From the NCBI GenBank assembly GCA_964234715.1, contig OZ174276.1: a stretch of DNA of 64,000 bases; one strand, written 5' to 3'. The DNA comes from Podarcis melisellensis. Lineage: Eukaryota. The position numbers and the translations under genes are program-made. The notes under the pieces were generated by a model. It worked only from the letters and a program-made list of their open reading frames with translations. It made no database searches and was not told the origin of the DNA. Below are positions 25,782 to 38,289 of the stretch, one piece after another. Each line of letters starts with the position of its first letter. Within the stretch, counting starts at the first letter, position 1.

Positions 25782-26163
25782 CAGGGGTGAGAACTGCAGG
25801 TGCAAGCACCAAATGTGACCCTCCAGGCCTCTCTGTCCCAACCCTCAGGACTCTCCCTGTTACCCTATCTCAGGCACCCCTCAATGGCCCTGCTTTGCAC
25901 CTTCCTCGAGTGCTTTTGCCTTGCTGGAATGTGTCCTAGAGCTGTAATAATGCCTCCTACTTGCATAGATTGAGAAATGCATGTAGGTGTATAGCCATCT
26001 CTGACTTTTGCATGGCTGGAATATAGCCTACTGCACAAAGGTAAGTCACATCCATTGAACTACCCGCTTTTTGCTTCTGCCTACACAACTAGCATGGAAA
26101 CCTCAGAAAGTTGCCCAGGAGGAAATGCAGCTGGAAAAGACTGGAAAAGGTTCTCCACCCCTG
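25782..26163. mobile_element. Probable non-autonomous hAT element
   Basis: Termini caggggtgagaac / gttctccacccctg. TSD degraded. Confidence 0.5.
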
Positions 26164-27380
26164 CATTAGTCCAGTTGAAAGCAATACATTTTCTTCACAG
26201 TTATACTCTAAGGATTAGTTCAGATATTGTTTTTGAGAGGAATAAGGGCTGCTGGGTTGTGTGTATACTTCTGGCAACTGTTAATACTGAAAGTGATCCT
26301 AATTTTTATATTTTAAAAAATGATTTGGGGCAGTTTCTTAACACTGGTTACTTGTTTTTATGCAACCTCTGAGTGTTCAGAATGGGTGGTGGTGAGAGCA
26401 CCCTTAATTTTTGTAGCTGGGGTAAGCTATTTTGCTATTTCTCACTGTTCAAGCATCTAGATACTAAAAATGTGGGTTATAAGCAATATAATATAATATA
26501 TAATATGGGTGATGAGAACACTTTTTAATCTTCTAGCTTAGAAAGTTTTGCTCTTTTATTTTTCTCTGTTGTGATTTTCTTGCCTTACATCGTTTTGTTT
26601 GATTAATTTATCGCCTTTTATCATACTTCATTTTTTGTTGTATTAATATGCCATTCAGCACTTTGGAGCAAGTTACTGTTGTTGTTGTTAATAATATTAG
26701 TAGTAGTGCTTAAAGGTAGTACTTGTTGAGACGATATAACTTCAAAAACTGGTGCCGGAATTCTATTGCTGTTCTCTTCCTTCCTTTTTCCTTATATATC
26801 ATGTCTATTAGACTCTGTATCTTTTGCTTTATAGCAACATAGAATTTGCTTTATAGCAACATAGTGCTAGCACAGTTTTCAGAGTGGGAATCTCTAGTTT
26901 TAAAGTCCTTCCTTGTGAAAATTGTGTTACACATTGAGACTTAATACTTCAGATAGAAAGGCCATGTGAAAAGGTATCTCTCTGAGATCACAGGTTTCCA
27001 TTAAACTCCCACACTTCATGTTCAAACTGTATTTCAAGCGTTACTCAGTTTGTTACCTTGTCTCCTGCTGTTGTGTGCTTTCCTCTTCTGTGGGGGCCGA
27101 AGAAGACGACAGTCTTAAAACCCACCAGCTTCTGTCCTAATTCAATGTGACTTGAAATCATATGTATTTAGCTCTGCATAATGAAGTAAAACCTTTCACT
27201 GCCTTGGGAAAAGCTACATTGCAGGTAGCTAAGGTATTCAATGTGCAGAAGTAAGTGGCAGGGATATCTGGAAGCAATAGACTGGGCATCCCTGTTTGGG
27301 ACAATGAGATAAGTTTATTTGATGGTACCGAGTTGGAATTGGGTTACTTATTCTATACCATTGCTGCCTTCTTTATGCAG

Positions 27381-27498
27381 GTCATCCCCATGCCCCAGTG
27401 TGAAACATGGAGATGAGTGGGGAGATCCCAGTAAGTGTGACAATGGAGATGCATGCCAGTACTGTCACACCCGCACAGAACAACAATTTCATCCAGAG
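27381..27498 (+). CDS. UNK: UNK coding exon 6 (SSPCPSVKHGDEWGDPSKCDNGDACQYCHTRTEQQFHPE)
   Basis: Acceptor ttatgcag|, 118 nt, donor GAG|gtacag. Confidence 0.96.
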
Positions 27499-28743
27499 GT
27501 ACAGTGAGCAACCCTTCCTGTTGGCTGCCTGGCTAGATAAATGGAGGGGCTCCAGGGTTTATATGTGCTGATAAACAGTAACACTTCTAATAAAAAGTAC
27601 AATAAGAACACTGGAAGAGAAAGAATCCAAGGGGTCCTGAGGAGCTGAAATTGCTTGAGATCTTGGATTCTTCACCCATAAGTGCTCCTATTGCCATCTA
27701 GACATGCTGGGAAGAATGTTTCCTTGGACATTGAGAGTACAGCTGGCAGGGGCTGCAGGAACCAAGGTGAGGGGCCAAATGGGGCTTGATGGTTGGATGT
27801 AGGAGAGTGAGAAAATATGGAGTGGAAGCCTAGAAGACACAAGAGGCTGAGGGAGGTGCATGAGATCTAAGTAGTACCCTGAAGGGTTAGGCTGACTCCT
27901 TGTCTCGTTTTTCTGAATTTGAGACATAATTCATCCAAAATGCGAAAAAAGAATTTTTACTGTCTTATAAGCAAAGTCAGAACAGTGATGGGGAACTAAA
28001 TGTCATGAAGGCTTTCAAAGTTGGAACAGAAGGTGTGATGAATTTGGGAACTGACACCTGTGCATACAAGGACAGCAGAGTTAGTCTTAGTGTACACAAC
28101 CCTTATCATAAGAAGACCATGTGTTTTCTAACAACATTTGATGTTACTGTTGGGACATGGCTGCCCTGTCTATCAGCAGGATCCTTTCAAATTCTAGTTA
28201 AACATAGTTGAAGTAGTTCAACTATGGTTCCTTTCCTCTTTCCCCAGAGACTGCTGTTCTGGCAGCATTGGGTGGTAGGGGCTTTGGGAGTGATTCCCAT
28301 GGATCCATATACACATGGAAACACTTCTCCTGAATGGATACTATACACTTCTTTTGCGCAAATGTTTTCATGTGGTCCAGTTCTGGATCCTTAGATAGAG
28401 CCAGTGTATGCACAGGACCATCCTTCAGTAAGTTCCAAGAGTCATTAAAGCTGCAGTCCTATACACACTTATATGGGAGTAAATCCACCCAAACTTTTGA
28501 GTAGACGGGCAAAATATTGTGATGAAGTTCTAATCAACTGTATTAATTATCAATGGTAATAATGCTAAAAGTAATTCTGTGAATGTCAAATATAATTTAG
28601 GATCAGAGTTCTATGTAAAGCATAACTGAGGCACATCAAACTCAGTTGCATTTCTTGCTATAGTTCTATTTTTTTTAAAAAAGAAATCATTATAGATAAC
28701 TATGGGTGCTCACTTGCATCACATTTTGTGCTTTCCCCCCCAG

Positions 28744-28828
28744 ATCTACAAATCAACAAAATGTAATGACATGCAACAGTCTGGCAGCTGCCCCCGAGGA
28801 CCCTTCTGTGCCTTTGCACATGTAGAAC
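28744..28828 (+). CDS. UNK: UNK coding exon 7 (IYKSTKCNDMQQSGSCPRGPFCAFAHVE; last CCCH finger)
   Basis: Acceptor ccccccag|, 85 nt, donor C|gtaggt. Confidence 0.96.
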
Positions 28829-30036
28829 GTAGGTGGTCTTATCTTTATCTAGCAATAAAGTGTAAGCTGTGAGAGAAGTGTCATCCTGGGTTCAAAGTGG
28901 GACTTCATTTGCTGGATCAAGCAAAATTCAAAACAAATTAACCCCCCTCCCCTCAGCAAGTCATGGGAAAGAATTTTATTTTGTGTGTTGTATCTTTTAC
29001 TTTGGAAAAGACGCTTTAGCCACCAGATGGTGTGCGCTCTAATTGCATTTCCTCAAAATTAAGTGACACCCAGTGGCCACTCAAGGTATTGTACAGTTTT
29101 AAGTTTTGCTGTGGGCATTTTGGGCTGCTGGTTTGTAATTTGCCTGCCTGAGGCTGTGAACACACAATTTCTTTCTGCGGAGCAAAGGAAAGAACTCATC
29201 TGTTGTAGTATTTGACCTGATCCTTTCATGAAGGAGTTTTCTGCTTTTGAGATTTCTTTTTAAGAAACCAGATCAATGTGGCACAGATCACTTGGTTGGA
29301 GTCTTAGAAATGATGGGCAAGAATTTTTGGACACTTGATCAAGACATATTTCATAGAGGGAGGAGCAGTGATAGGATTTTCCTCTTCAGCAAGGCACTGG
29401 TGAGTATGGATGGGGGGATCTGTGACTCCCCAGGTGCTGTTGGACTTCAACTCCCAGCCTGGTCAGTGGTTGTGAATGATGGGAGTTGTTATTCAACCAC
29501 GTCTAGTGGGGCACAGATTCACCACCCCTGCTGCAGCTCAACACTGGCATTAAAAGTGAAATAAGCAGTGTCTTGCCCTAACCTGAAATATGTAAGAAGA
29601 AAGCTGAAATGGTTTTTGAACTACCCACCCTCTGCAAATCAGGAATGAAGGTGAAGCCACCTCCACAAATCCAGTCTGAATCGGTGAAAGTCCTCTCCAT
29701 TCAACCCTAACCCTAACCCCACCCAGATCTTGTCTGCTGAGCTGAAGACTGGATCTACTTCATATTCTTTCCCTTCCAGGTGCCCCAGACATTTCAGGGT
29801 GGGCTTGCCATGCAGATTCACAACAACAGTTAACAGCTCTTGTTTCTCCATACATAACATATTCTGCCATATGAATTGTCTAGTTTGCTCTATTGGGAAC
29901 ATGCGATCTTTCCGTACGTAAAAAAAAATCAATTCTAGTGTTCTGAAATCAAATCAGTATACTAAGGTCTTTCTGTCTCCATTCCAAAACAGAGGGATAA
30001 CAACTGGGAAAGGGCTATTGCCTTTAGGCATCACAT

Positions 30037-30195
30037 CATGGGCGTAGCCAGGATTTATTTCAGGGAGGCAGACTTTATGTTGCGGGGGGGGGGGGCAGAA
30101 CCAAGTTATCTGCAACACAATTGTTTTTATTTATTTACTTACTTACTTTGGGTGGGACAGCTGCCCCCCCCCCCGGCTCCCTGGCTACAGCCATG
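30037..30195. mobile_element. Short hAT-like MITE
   Basis: TIRs catgggcgtagccagg / cctggctacagccatg, imperfect 8-bp TSD. Confidence 0.55.
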
Positions 30196-30715
30196 CCTCA
30201 CACCTGGGCTTTCCAGAAGTATATGGTTGGACATAGTTGGAAATAGAATGCTGGACTGTGTAGACAGTTGGTCTGATCCAAGAGGGTTGTTGTTATAGTC
30301 TTACGTTCTTCAGGCTATGATTCTAAGCAAGCATACAAAAGAAAACATTGAAATTGTAAGCTTGCTTACCTAGTAAATATGCTTAGAATTGGAGTGTCAG
30401 TCATCACCGTCAAGGTATTCTTAGCTATCATTGAACATTAGAGATGGAAACCCTGATTCAGTAGGTCTTTTGAATGAATAGTTACATCTGTCATTGCTTT
30501 AAGAGTGTAATTTATAATTTTAGGAAAAGCTAAGACACTCAAGGCAACAAACCAAACATTTATCAACTTTGTCTTATGAAAACTTTCTGTGCTGGTATGA
30601 GGATTGCTGCAAATAGATACGGATCTATGGAACCTCTGCACTTAGGAGAGCCACAAGATCCATTTTCATTTTTCTGCATACATTGTGTCATGTTTTTGTT
30701 TTGCATTTCTTACAG

Positions 30716-30858
30716 AACCTCCACTTAGTGAAGAGTTACAATCAACATCCTCTGTTTCCAGTCCTACACAAACAGGCCCTGTAATGTATATGCCCTCGGC
30801 AGCAGGCGATTCTGTTCCCGTTAGCCCTTCTAGTCCACAAGCCCCAGACCTTAGCAAT
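30716..30858 (+). CDS. UNK: UNK coding exon 8 (QPPLSEELQ...SPQAPDLSN)
   Basis: Acceptor tcttacag|, 143 nt, donor AAT|gtacgt. Confidence 0.94.
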
Positions 30859-31894
30859 GTACGTAGAAATTTTGAAAGTTATTCACTTTGTAGGTTTTTA
30901 CTGCAGACTTCTCTAAATATGAATGCCTTCTAGAAGAAGAAGCTGCCCCCTCGGACTCAATTACATTGCGTTAAGGAAATGGTGCCTATATTTCCCCCAT
31001 AAAATTTACTTTGAATTTGTGGGGGGTTGGCAGAGCACTGGGATGCAAAACAGGTTTCCATCTGTGAGCTGAGATTTTGAAGGAACATAGTGGCATGGGT
31101 TTAAATCACAACGGCCACTTTCAAACTGGATTAGACAAGCTGAGCTGCTTTAAATTTACTTGGAAGTCATTTTCAAGCTGCCATATGGAGCAGCCCAAGG
31201 CTTTTCTGTGAAATTTAATACTGTTGTAATGCTCCCTGCTTAGAATTTGTCCCATTTGGGAAGTACTCTTTCTTCATCTGAAAACGACTGCTTCTAGAAC
31301 ACCTATTCAAATCATTAAAATGTTTGCATGGTTTTGCTTTTCTCCTCTTGAATAAAGTGCTCCAAGCATAAAAGGGAAAGTTCAATCTCTTGTTGTGGGT
31401 GCTGAGCTCTCTTGTATAGGTCTCATCTGAATTGCTTACCTTGTGAATAGTGGCAGCTGCTCCTAACTAAATGTTTGGGAATACAGCCTTGGAGCTTGTG
31501 TACTATGATATGTTTGAAGAATTTAACCTGGGGTAGTTGCCCTCTGTTTTCATTTTAAGCTAAAATTAAGCTGTAGTTATCCCTTGGGAGAGTCTTGCAT
31601 ATTTCTAGTGAATCATATCAAGTCACTGTTTAGAAGTAGACATCCTGCTGTCTAGTGGCAAGCTCACACTCTCACCTTCTGGCGAGCAAATTGTAATGTC
31701 TCCTTCCAAGTCCACCTGCTTTTGTCATACTGAAGCACCCTTTGCCTGTTGTTACTTCAGCCTGCTCAGCTGTGTATGTAGGCTGCAAGCCGAGTGAATG
31801 ATGTTTTAATTATGCCTATTACGTATGACTGATTAAAGCTAAATAAATTGCTCATCCCACATATTCTGTGTTATGTCTTTGTCTTTGACTGTAG

Positions 31895-31942
31895 GTATGG
31901 AATAAACCAGGAACTCTGCCAACCAGCCCCACTTCTACTACA
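31895..31942 (+). CDS. UNK: Candidate UNK cassette exon 8b (VWNKPGTLPTSPTSTT), 48 nt
   Basis: Acceptor gtctttgtctttgactgtag|, 48 nt open in phase 0/0 matching exons 8 and 9, donor ACA|gtaagt. Confidence 0.7.
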
Positions 31943-33108
31943 GTAAGTATCCACTCTAACTGGGGAGAGAGAGCATTACACAACCTGTGCTGGTTGAATG
32001 AAAATTGTTATTGTAAGAGGCTCCCAACAGTCAGTCCCCTCTTCCTTAATTCAAACCTCATCTGTTTTACATTTCGAAACAGTTGCTATGTTTGCCACAG
32101 TCCTGTATGTTTGCAGATCAGTAGCTCCCAGCCAACGTGGCGTGTTATACCTCCACTGTTGGGAGGCAGTATGCCTCCGGATACCAGTTGCTGGGAATTG
32201 CAGATAGGCAGAGTACTGTTGTGCTCATATCTTGCTTGCAGGCTTCCCACGGGCATCTGGTTGTCCACTGTGAGAGCAGGATGTTGTGCCAAATGGACCA
32301 TTGACCTGATCCAGCAGGCTCTTCCAATGTCCTTCCATTATGTGCCCTTGGGCACATAAATTAGATTCCCTAAAAGTTTCTAGTCCTTATGGTTATGAAT
32401 ATCCACATAAACATCTCCTAGAAACTCTTAAGTACAGAATTCCTGACAAAGCACTCAGCCATTAAACATTTTGTCCTGAAGATACTCTCCTTTTCTTTTG
32501 TCCATTGTTCTTTAGCAAAGCAACCTTGAATGACTGCATATGTAAAAAACAAAGCCAAGTGGCTTCTGATAATTTGGAAGTTCTCTCTCCCAGTTGTGCA
32601 TAAATACTAAAGAACTCTCATTTTTCTCATTGCTGTGATGGGTCCAATAGTTATTTATGACAGGGAAGGATGGGAAGTCCCCAATAATAGTGATGCAATC
32701 AAACATTTTAAAAAAAAGTTTTTAGTTGCTTTCAATTCTGTACTTGTAAGCTGCCTTAAGCATTTTTCTACAGAAAGGTAGGGTGTAAATATTTTAATAA
32801 ATGAAAATATTAAGTTAATTAAAAATATTTATCAATTTAGGTCAAGGAAGAATGGAACACGTGGTTCATATGGGGCTGTAAATATGTAGGAAAACTGATA
32901 CAAAGAATTTGGGTTATGGGAATAAGAGTAAGAAGGTGTGCTGAGTGAAAATATTCAGCACTATGATCACTATAAACCACTTCCCAACCACCTCTGTTTT
33001 CTAAAGCACAGACTGACGTCACATTTTTAATACTTTTTTCTTTTAAACTTGAAGCATATAATTGTAAGATTCTGAAGAAGCAACAAGGTTTTGCACTAGA
33101 AATATGTA

Positions 33109-33461
33109 CAGTGGTGCCTCGCAAGACGAAATTAATCCGTTCCGTGAGGCTCTTCGTATAGCGGTTTTTTCGTCTTGCAAAGCAAGCCCATTGACAGCTT
33201 AGCGGATTAGCGCTACAGCTGTCAAGCGGCTTCCAGCGATCAGCTGTTAAGCAGCTTATCAGCGGAACAGCTGATAAGCGGCTTAGCGGCTTAAGAAAAG
33301 GGCGAAAACGAGAAAAAACCGCGGGGGGATGCAAGATTTTTTCCGTCTTGCGAAGCAACCCCATAGGGGAATTCGTTTTGCGAAGCGCCTCCAAAACGGA
33401 AAACCCTTTCGTCTAGCGGGTTTTTCGTCTTGCGAGGCGTTTGTCTTGCGGGGCACCACTG
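33109..33461. mobile_element. Tigger/pogo-like MITE
   Basis: TA|cagtggtgcctcgcaagac ... gtcttgcggggcaccactg|TA, with internal cgtcttgcga repeats. Confidence 0.85.
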
Positions 33462-33797
33462 TATTCTGCTATGGGATTATGTTGGCTGTGCTGGTTTCTA
33501 AACGTCACTTGAGAGAGCATGAAGAACTTGTGAACTGAATGAGAAGAATATGAGATTGTCTCTGGGATCAAGATACGGTTGTGCATTTCTGAGATGCTAA
33601 AGCATGAAAACTTGTGATTTATGTTCCCAGTTGACCTAGCTGAATCTAACAACTTAGTTATCTGGAGGTTTTTCCATCGAAGGCCATCTGCAGTAGTGCA
33701 AGACAGAATGTTACAATCCTAGGAATCTGTAACTGCACACTATATGAGTTCCTCTCATGTTGTGACCTGTGCTGTTTTTTCTTCCTTCTTCCATTAG

Positions 33798-33998
33798 ATT
33801 CTCTGTAGGAATAGCAGTCTTGGAAGCCCATCTAATATATGTGGGTCTCCTCCTGGTGCCATTGGAAAACCCCATAGTTTGGAAAGCATTGGCTTCCCCA
33901 CAGATTCAGTAACTGCAGCCAGCAGCTACAAGAAGGCACCAGGATTTGAGCGGGAAGACTTGGTTGGAGCAGAATACCTAAAGAATTTCAAATGCCAG
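33798..33998 (+). CDS. UNK: UNK coding exon 9 (ILCRNSSLGSPSN...KKAPGFEREDLVGAEYLKNFKCQ)
   Basis: Acceptor ccattag|, 201 nt, donor CAG|gtaggt. Confidence 0.94.
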
Positions 33999-34402
33999 GT
34001 AGGTGGGGAATACAGGGAAAGGGGACCTAAGGGTTTCATATTGGCTTCGAAGCCAACTGCCCAAACCACTGCAATATGTTGGTGAAACATCTTGGTACTT
34101 CCCTAAGCTACGAAATTGGCGCTAGACAAGCATGGCACAAGGCCTCCTGGTATTGTGATACATAATCAAGTAATCCAAAGAAAGAATCTGAAGCAAACTT
34201 ACAGATTTTTTACATACCACAAAATCAGCCACCTGGAACTTTCTATTGGGCTAGTCTAGAGACACATTTCTCGAAACATTTTTTCCCAGGCAAGGACCCG
34301 AGTAAGAGTTCCTTAGCATAAAGAAAATCCTTGCTATCTGTGTTATTGCACTTATCACGGTATATTTTTAGCCTAAAGGGATTATTTTTCTTCCTGAAAA
34401 AA

Positions 34403-34523
34403 TATCTGAAGAAGTGTACATGCACACGAAAGCTTATACCCAGAACAAACTTAGTTGGTCTCTAAGGTGCTACTGGACTATTTTTTTATTTATTTTGACT
34501 GCGTCAGACCAACTACCTGAATC
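34403..34523 (+). mobile_element. Penelope-like terminal fragment with degenerate hammerhead motif, sense in UNK intron 9
   Basis: tatCTGAAGAagtgtacatgcacacGAAAgcttatacc...ttagttggtctctaaggtgctactgga, homologous to 1456-1582. TSD cctgaaaaaa (34393-34402 and 34524-34533). Confidence 0.75.
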
Positions 34524-35110
34524 CCTGAAAAAAGGCATTTAGTATATAACTGCAATGATACTTAAAATGGACATATCTGAATATTTTCATGAAGAAATAA
34601 ACTCATGCTTGCAGAGAAGCCACTGGGAATTTAACAGCAGCAACAAACTTTATTACAGTCACAGACCAGCATAACTGGGACATTTATTCTGGAGTATTTA
34701 TGGAGTAGGATTTTTCTTACCAACTTTTCCTTAAATGCCCATTTTTTTCCTTACTAGGCATAGACTAAGAAAACATTCCACACTTTCTTTTCATTGTTAA
34801 TCTCACAGTGGAGTACAAAGATTACAGGGCAATCATATGCATGTTTAAAACTTGGAAAGTTTATTTCATTTATTTCAATTGGATTTACATCCAAGTTATC
34901 AGTACCATATGTGCTGGGAATCCCCACTACCACACCATTTATTGTCTAATTCTTTTTTTCCGTGTCTAATGGACTCTGAACTTTCTGGGAGCAGCCAAAT
35001 AGAGAAAGTTTTGTTAGAATCCCATAGCCCTCTCAAATGCTTGAAGTCAGCAATTTCACATTTGTATACTCCCCCTCCACTCGTCTTTCTTTTTGTTCTG
35101 TTTACTGCAG

Positions 35111-35179
35111 CAAGCAAAGATTAAATCCCATTCCTTGGAACACAGAACCCAAGAACAGCCTCTGTTACAACCAAAACAG
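35111..35179 (+). CDS. UNK: UNK coding exon 10 (QAKIKSHSLEHRTQEQPLLQPKQ)
   Basis: Acceptor ttactgcag|, 69 nt, donor CAG|gtatgt. Resembles human AKLKPHSLEPRSQEQPLLQPKQ as recalled. Confidence 0.9.
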
Positions 35180-36020
35180 GTATGTTACCCCAAATTGGCC
35201 CTAGACTATTCCTGTGTGTTTATACCATCTCATCCATGGCTTCCAAGCCTACTTGTGGATGCTGGATGAAGCATGGGTGGGTGGTGGTATTTTCCTAAGA
35301 ATTTTTTTTTTAAATAGCTCCTAACAAATTTATATTCAGGTATGTGCAAATGCTGAGGCTGTGTATATAGAGGAGCATCCAAATTAGAAATCTAAATATG
35401 AATTGGGATGCAGAGATAATTAAAGGGTTTAGTACAGCTTACTGAACCTTATTCTGATAAAATTGTACACAATTATGATTATATGATGCCTCTGATAATG
35501 TATGAGAAGTGTTCTGAAAGAATCAAAGTTGTCCTTCATAACTGCAGCATACATTTGTTTTGGCACTTTGTTGTATATTAACACTACTGTGAGCTGCCTT
35601 GAATGTATATTGATATAGAAGTCTGTGGTATAAATTATATATATATGTAGAGAGAGAGAGAGACTTCTCTTTCCCAAGGGAAATGAGGAAGAGAGCCTGT
35701 TATGTGCTGTTCAAGGCTCAGATTCTACTCTGAGTCTTGAAAAGTAGATAGAGCTGGAAGAGAAAGCAGGAAAGGGTGCCATTCTTTCAACTTCCTCCTT
35801 CAGAACTATTTCCTTTTTTTAGGAGGGGGCAGCAAAAGTTACCACCCTCTCCACCTCATGATGGAAGGGTAAGTGGGAGAGGGGGCTTTATGGGCACCAG
35901 GGAAAGTGCCCATAAGCACCATGTTGGCATCCCCAGAGCTAGGGACTTGCTCATGAACTTTTTAAATTGCATGCTGAGAATGCATTATCCAGTGTTTAAA
36001 TATATGTCTCCCTCTTTCAG

Positions 36021-36195
36021 GATATATTGGGGATTCTTCCTGTTGGCAGCCCACTGACATCTAGCATCTCTTCTAGTATCACTTCTAGTTTGGCAGCAAC
36101 ACCGCCAAGTCCAGCAGGCACAAGCAGTGTCCCTGGCATGAATGCAAATGCCCTTCCTTTCTACCCAACCAGTGACACAGTGGAGTCTGTGATAG
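36021..36195 (+). CDS. UNK: UNK coding exon 11 (DILGILPVGSPLTSS...GMNANALPFYPTSDTVESVI)
   Basis: Acceptor ctttcag|, 175 nt, donor G|gtaata. Includes the PAM2-like MNANALPFYP segment. Confidence 0.95.
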
Positions 36196-38187
36196 GTAAT
36201 ACTGCCTATACTCATGGGGGCCAGCTCTGAAAGGGAATATAATCAGCCTGGGAAATAGGAGCATGTTTTAGATCTAGATACCTGGGGAGTTTTGCAGAAT
36301 CCCATCTTTCTTTTAGAGGCGGCTAATATGACATACACAGTCTTCCATGCATCATAATTTCAGCTCTGAATTATATAAAAATGTGTCAATATGGTGAATT
36401 GGATATTATGATTGCTCTGAATTTTTTGTGTAGTGAAATTGATGTCTTGTTTGCTATCCTTCATCTTACTCTATGCTTGCTAAATTTACAGACCACAAAT
36501 TTGGCCCAAAGTGCTACTGTATTGGGCCAGTCCAGGACTCTATTTAATTCATGTGACAGGTGTAATTTTTTGTTTTCTGTTTTCATAAATTTTACAAGGA
36601 TGAAACTCTGATCTGTACACATCAAGCAGAAGTCCATAGCCAGTCTGTGCCTTAGGTGAAGATTTAAAAGGACCTTGTTTATACTTCCCTACAAGGGTGT
36701 GGTATGTCACCGTGTTTTAATCTCTTGATTTCCCAAGGAGATTAATAGCACATATTGTGTAGAGCAGGCATTTCCCCTTTTATTTTCTCCTCAGGCACAA
36801 CTTTATTTACTATTTTTTATTATTTCTAAACGGAGGATATATAGTGTTGCTTCCTGTTCGCCTCTCATTGTCCAGATATCTTATTATGATTGCTAATGGT
36901 TTACGTTCTATAACAGTGCTGTGCCACCACCCTCCCAGGAGGAGCACCATTGCTGCTTACTGGGATGGTGCAGGGGCAGTGTGGAGGCAGGATCAGGGCT
37001 CGGATTGGCTCTGCCAGTGCACCCTTCCAACCTGAACCTCACTGCTACCCTGCCCATCCCAGAAGGCAACACTGACCTTGCTCCCAAAAGGGCAGCAGAG
37101 TGACCCCGCCCCAGCTACTTCCGCCTGGAATGATAAAAAACCAAGAGAAAATTCCCTGCTTTGAAATGAAAAGTTTGCAGCAGTGTGGTGGAGGACAGGA
37201 AGGGCAACTTCTTTAGCCCCATACAGGCTCTTGTTACACATTTCAATAGGCATCCTGTGGGGAATTGCAGTCTTTTTTTTGAAAGGCTCAGAAAGCAACC
37301 TTTTGGGAAAACGCCAAACCACAATACAGGCTTTGGAGAAAAAGGGGCTGGGGAGCAACTATTTCAATACAGAAAACTGTGATCTATTTTATGGTCCACA
37401 TTTCTGAAGTAACATGAATAACATGAATATAACACATGCCATACTATTCTTTGAGAGACAACGTTAATGGGGCATATTTGCTGGACATAGTAAATTGGCT
37501 AGAAATGACACTTGGGAAGAACCTGTGGAGGCTTGCTTCATCTCATCCCAACTGGCAATGCCCATGCTATGTATCACTGATCCATTGTTGGGACACTGCT
37601 GGCTATAGCCTGCTTCCTAGGGTATGCTAATCCATCCCCTTTCCCCGATGCCCCTCACCTGACTGCTGCACTCGACTCCCTTCTTTCCACTGCCATACCT
37701 GCACCTCATTCCTACTGCCCATCTCCTCCTCCACTGAATTGCAACCCAAGTCACTGCTCCACTGTGGAATTCCTAAAAGAGGGAAATTCCAATCACCATG
37801 CATCATGGATACCCAGGTTACTAGGTGACTGGGATGGGCACCCTTCATTCAAGCTGTCCTTGGATGTATTTCTTCCCAAAGTCAAGCTGTACAGCAGGTG
37901 TCACTGGATGATCTGTTTTGCATTGCTGTTTATTTCTGGTGTCAATCTGTGGGAAAGAACCTGATGCTGAAAGCTTTTAGGGCTCAAAAACAATAGAAAG
38001 TGATGTGAAAAGCTGCCTTGTTTAGACAACTGTTGACTAATGGCAGTATTGTACAGTGGGGAGCAGGGCCCTATAGATCCTCCTGTCCAGAGCAGTGTCA
38101 TCTCTGCATGTAGGCTCTTTGGGCTTCCCTATCCCTTGAAGTTGTTGGTCCTTTTTGTATTATATAATTGGTGCCTCTGTCTGGCAG

Positions 38188-38289
38188 AGTCTGCCTTGGA
38201 TGACCTGGACCTGAACGAATTCGGAGTGGCTGCCCTGGAGAAGACATTTGACAGCAGCTCGGTGCCCCACACGAGTGGCATCATGATAG
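38188..38289 (+). CDS. UNK: UNK coding exon 12 (ESALDDLDLNEFGVAALEKTFDSSSVPHTSGIMI)
   Basis: Acceptor ctggcag|, 102 nt, donor G|gtacat. Confidence 0.95.

Noticed and set aside
26824-26863. Short tandem duplication (tttgctttatagcaacatag x2); similar cases near 16906, 47912 and 60170
   Set aside because: Two-copy slippage duplications with no spacer array. Not CRISPR-like and no sign of function.
29703-29719. Telomere-like (CCCTAA) repeat
   Set aside because: Only about two and a half units, which is within chance.
32837-33394. 185-aa minus-strand ORF
   Set aside because: Chance fusion of MITE and intronic sequence with no recognisable domain.
33798-35119. Alternative downstream AG acceptors in exon 9 (+11) and exon 10 (+4, +9)
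   Set aside because: The first AG gives the homologous reading frame. The alternatives mostly frameshift and nothing supports their use.
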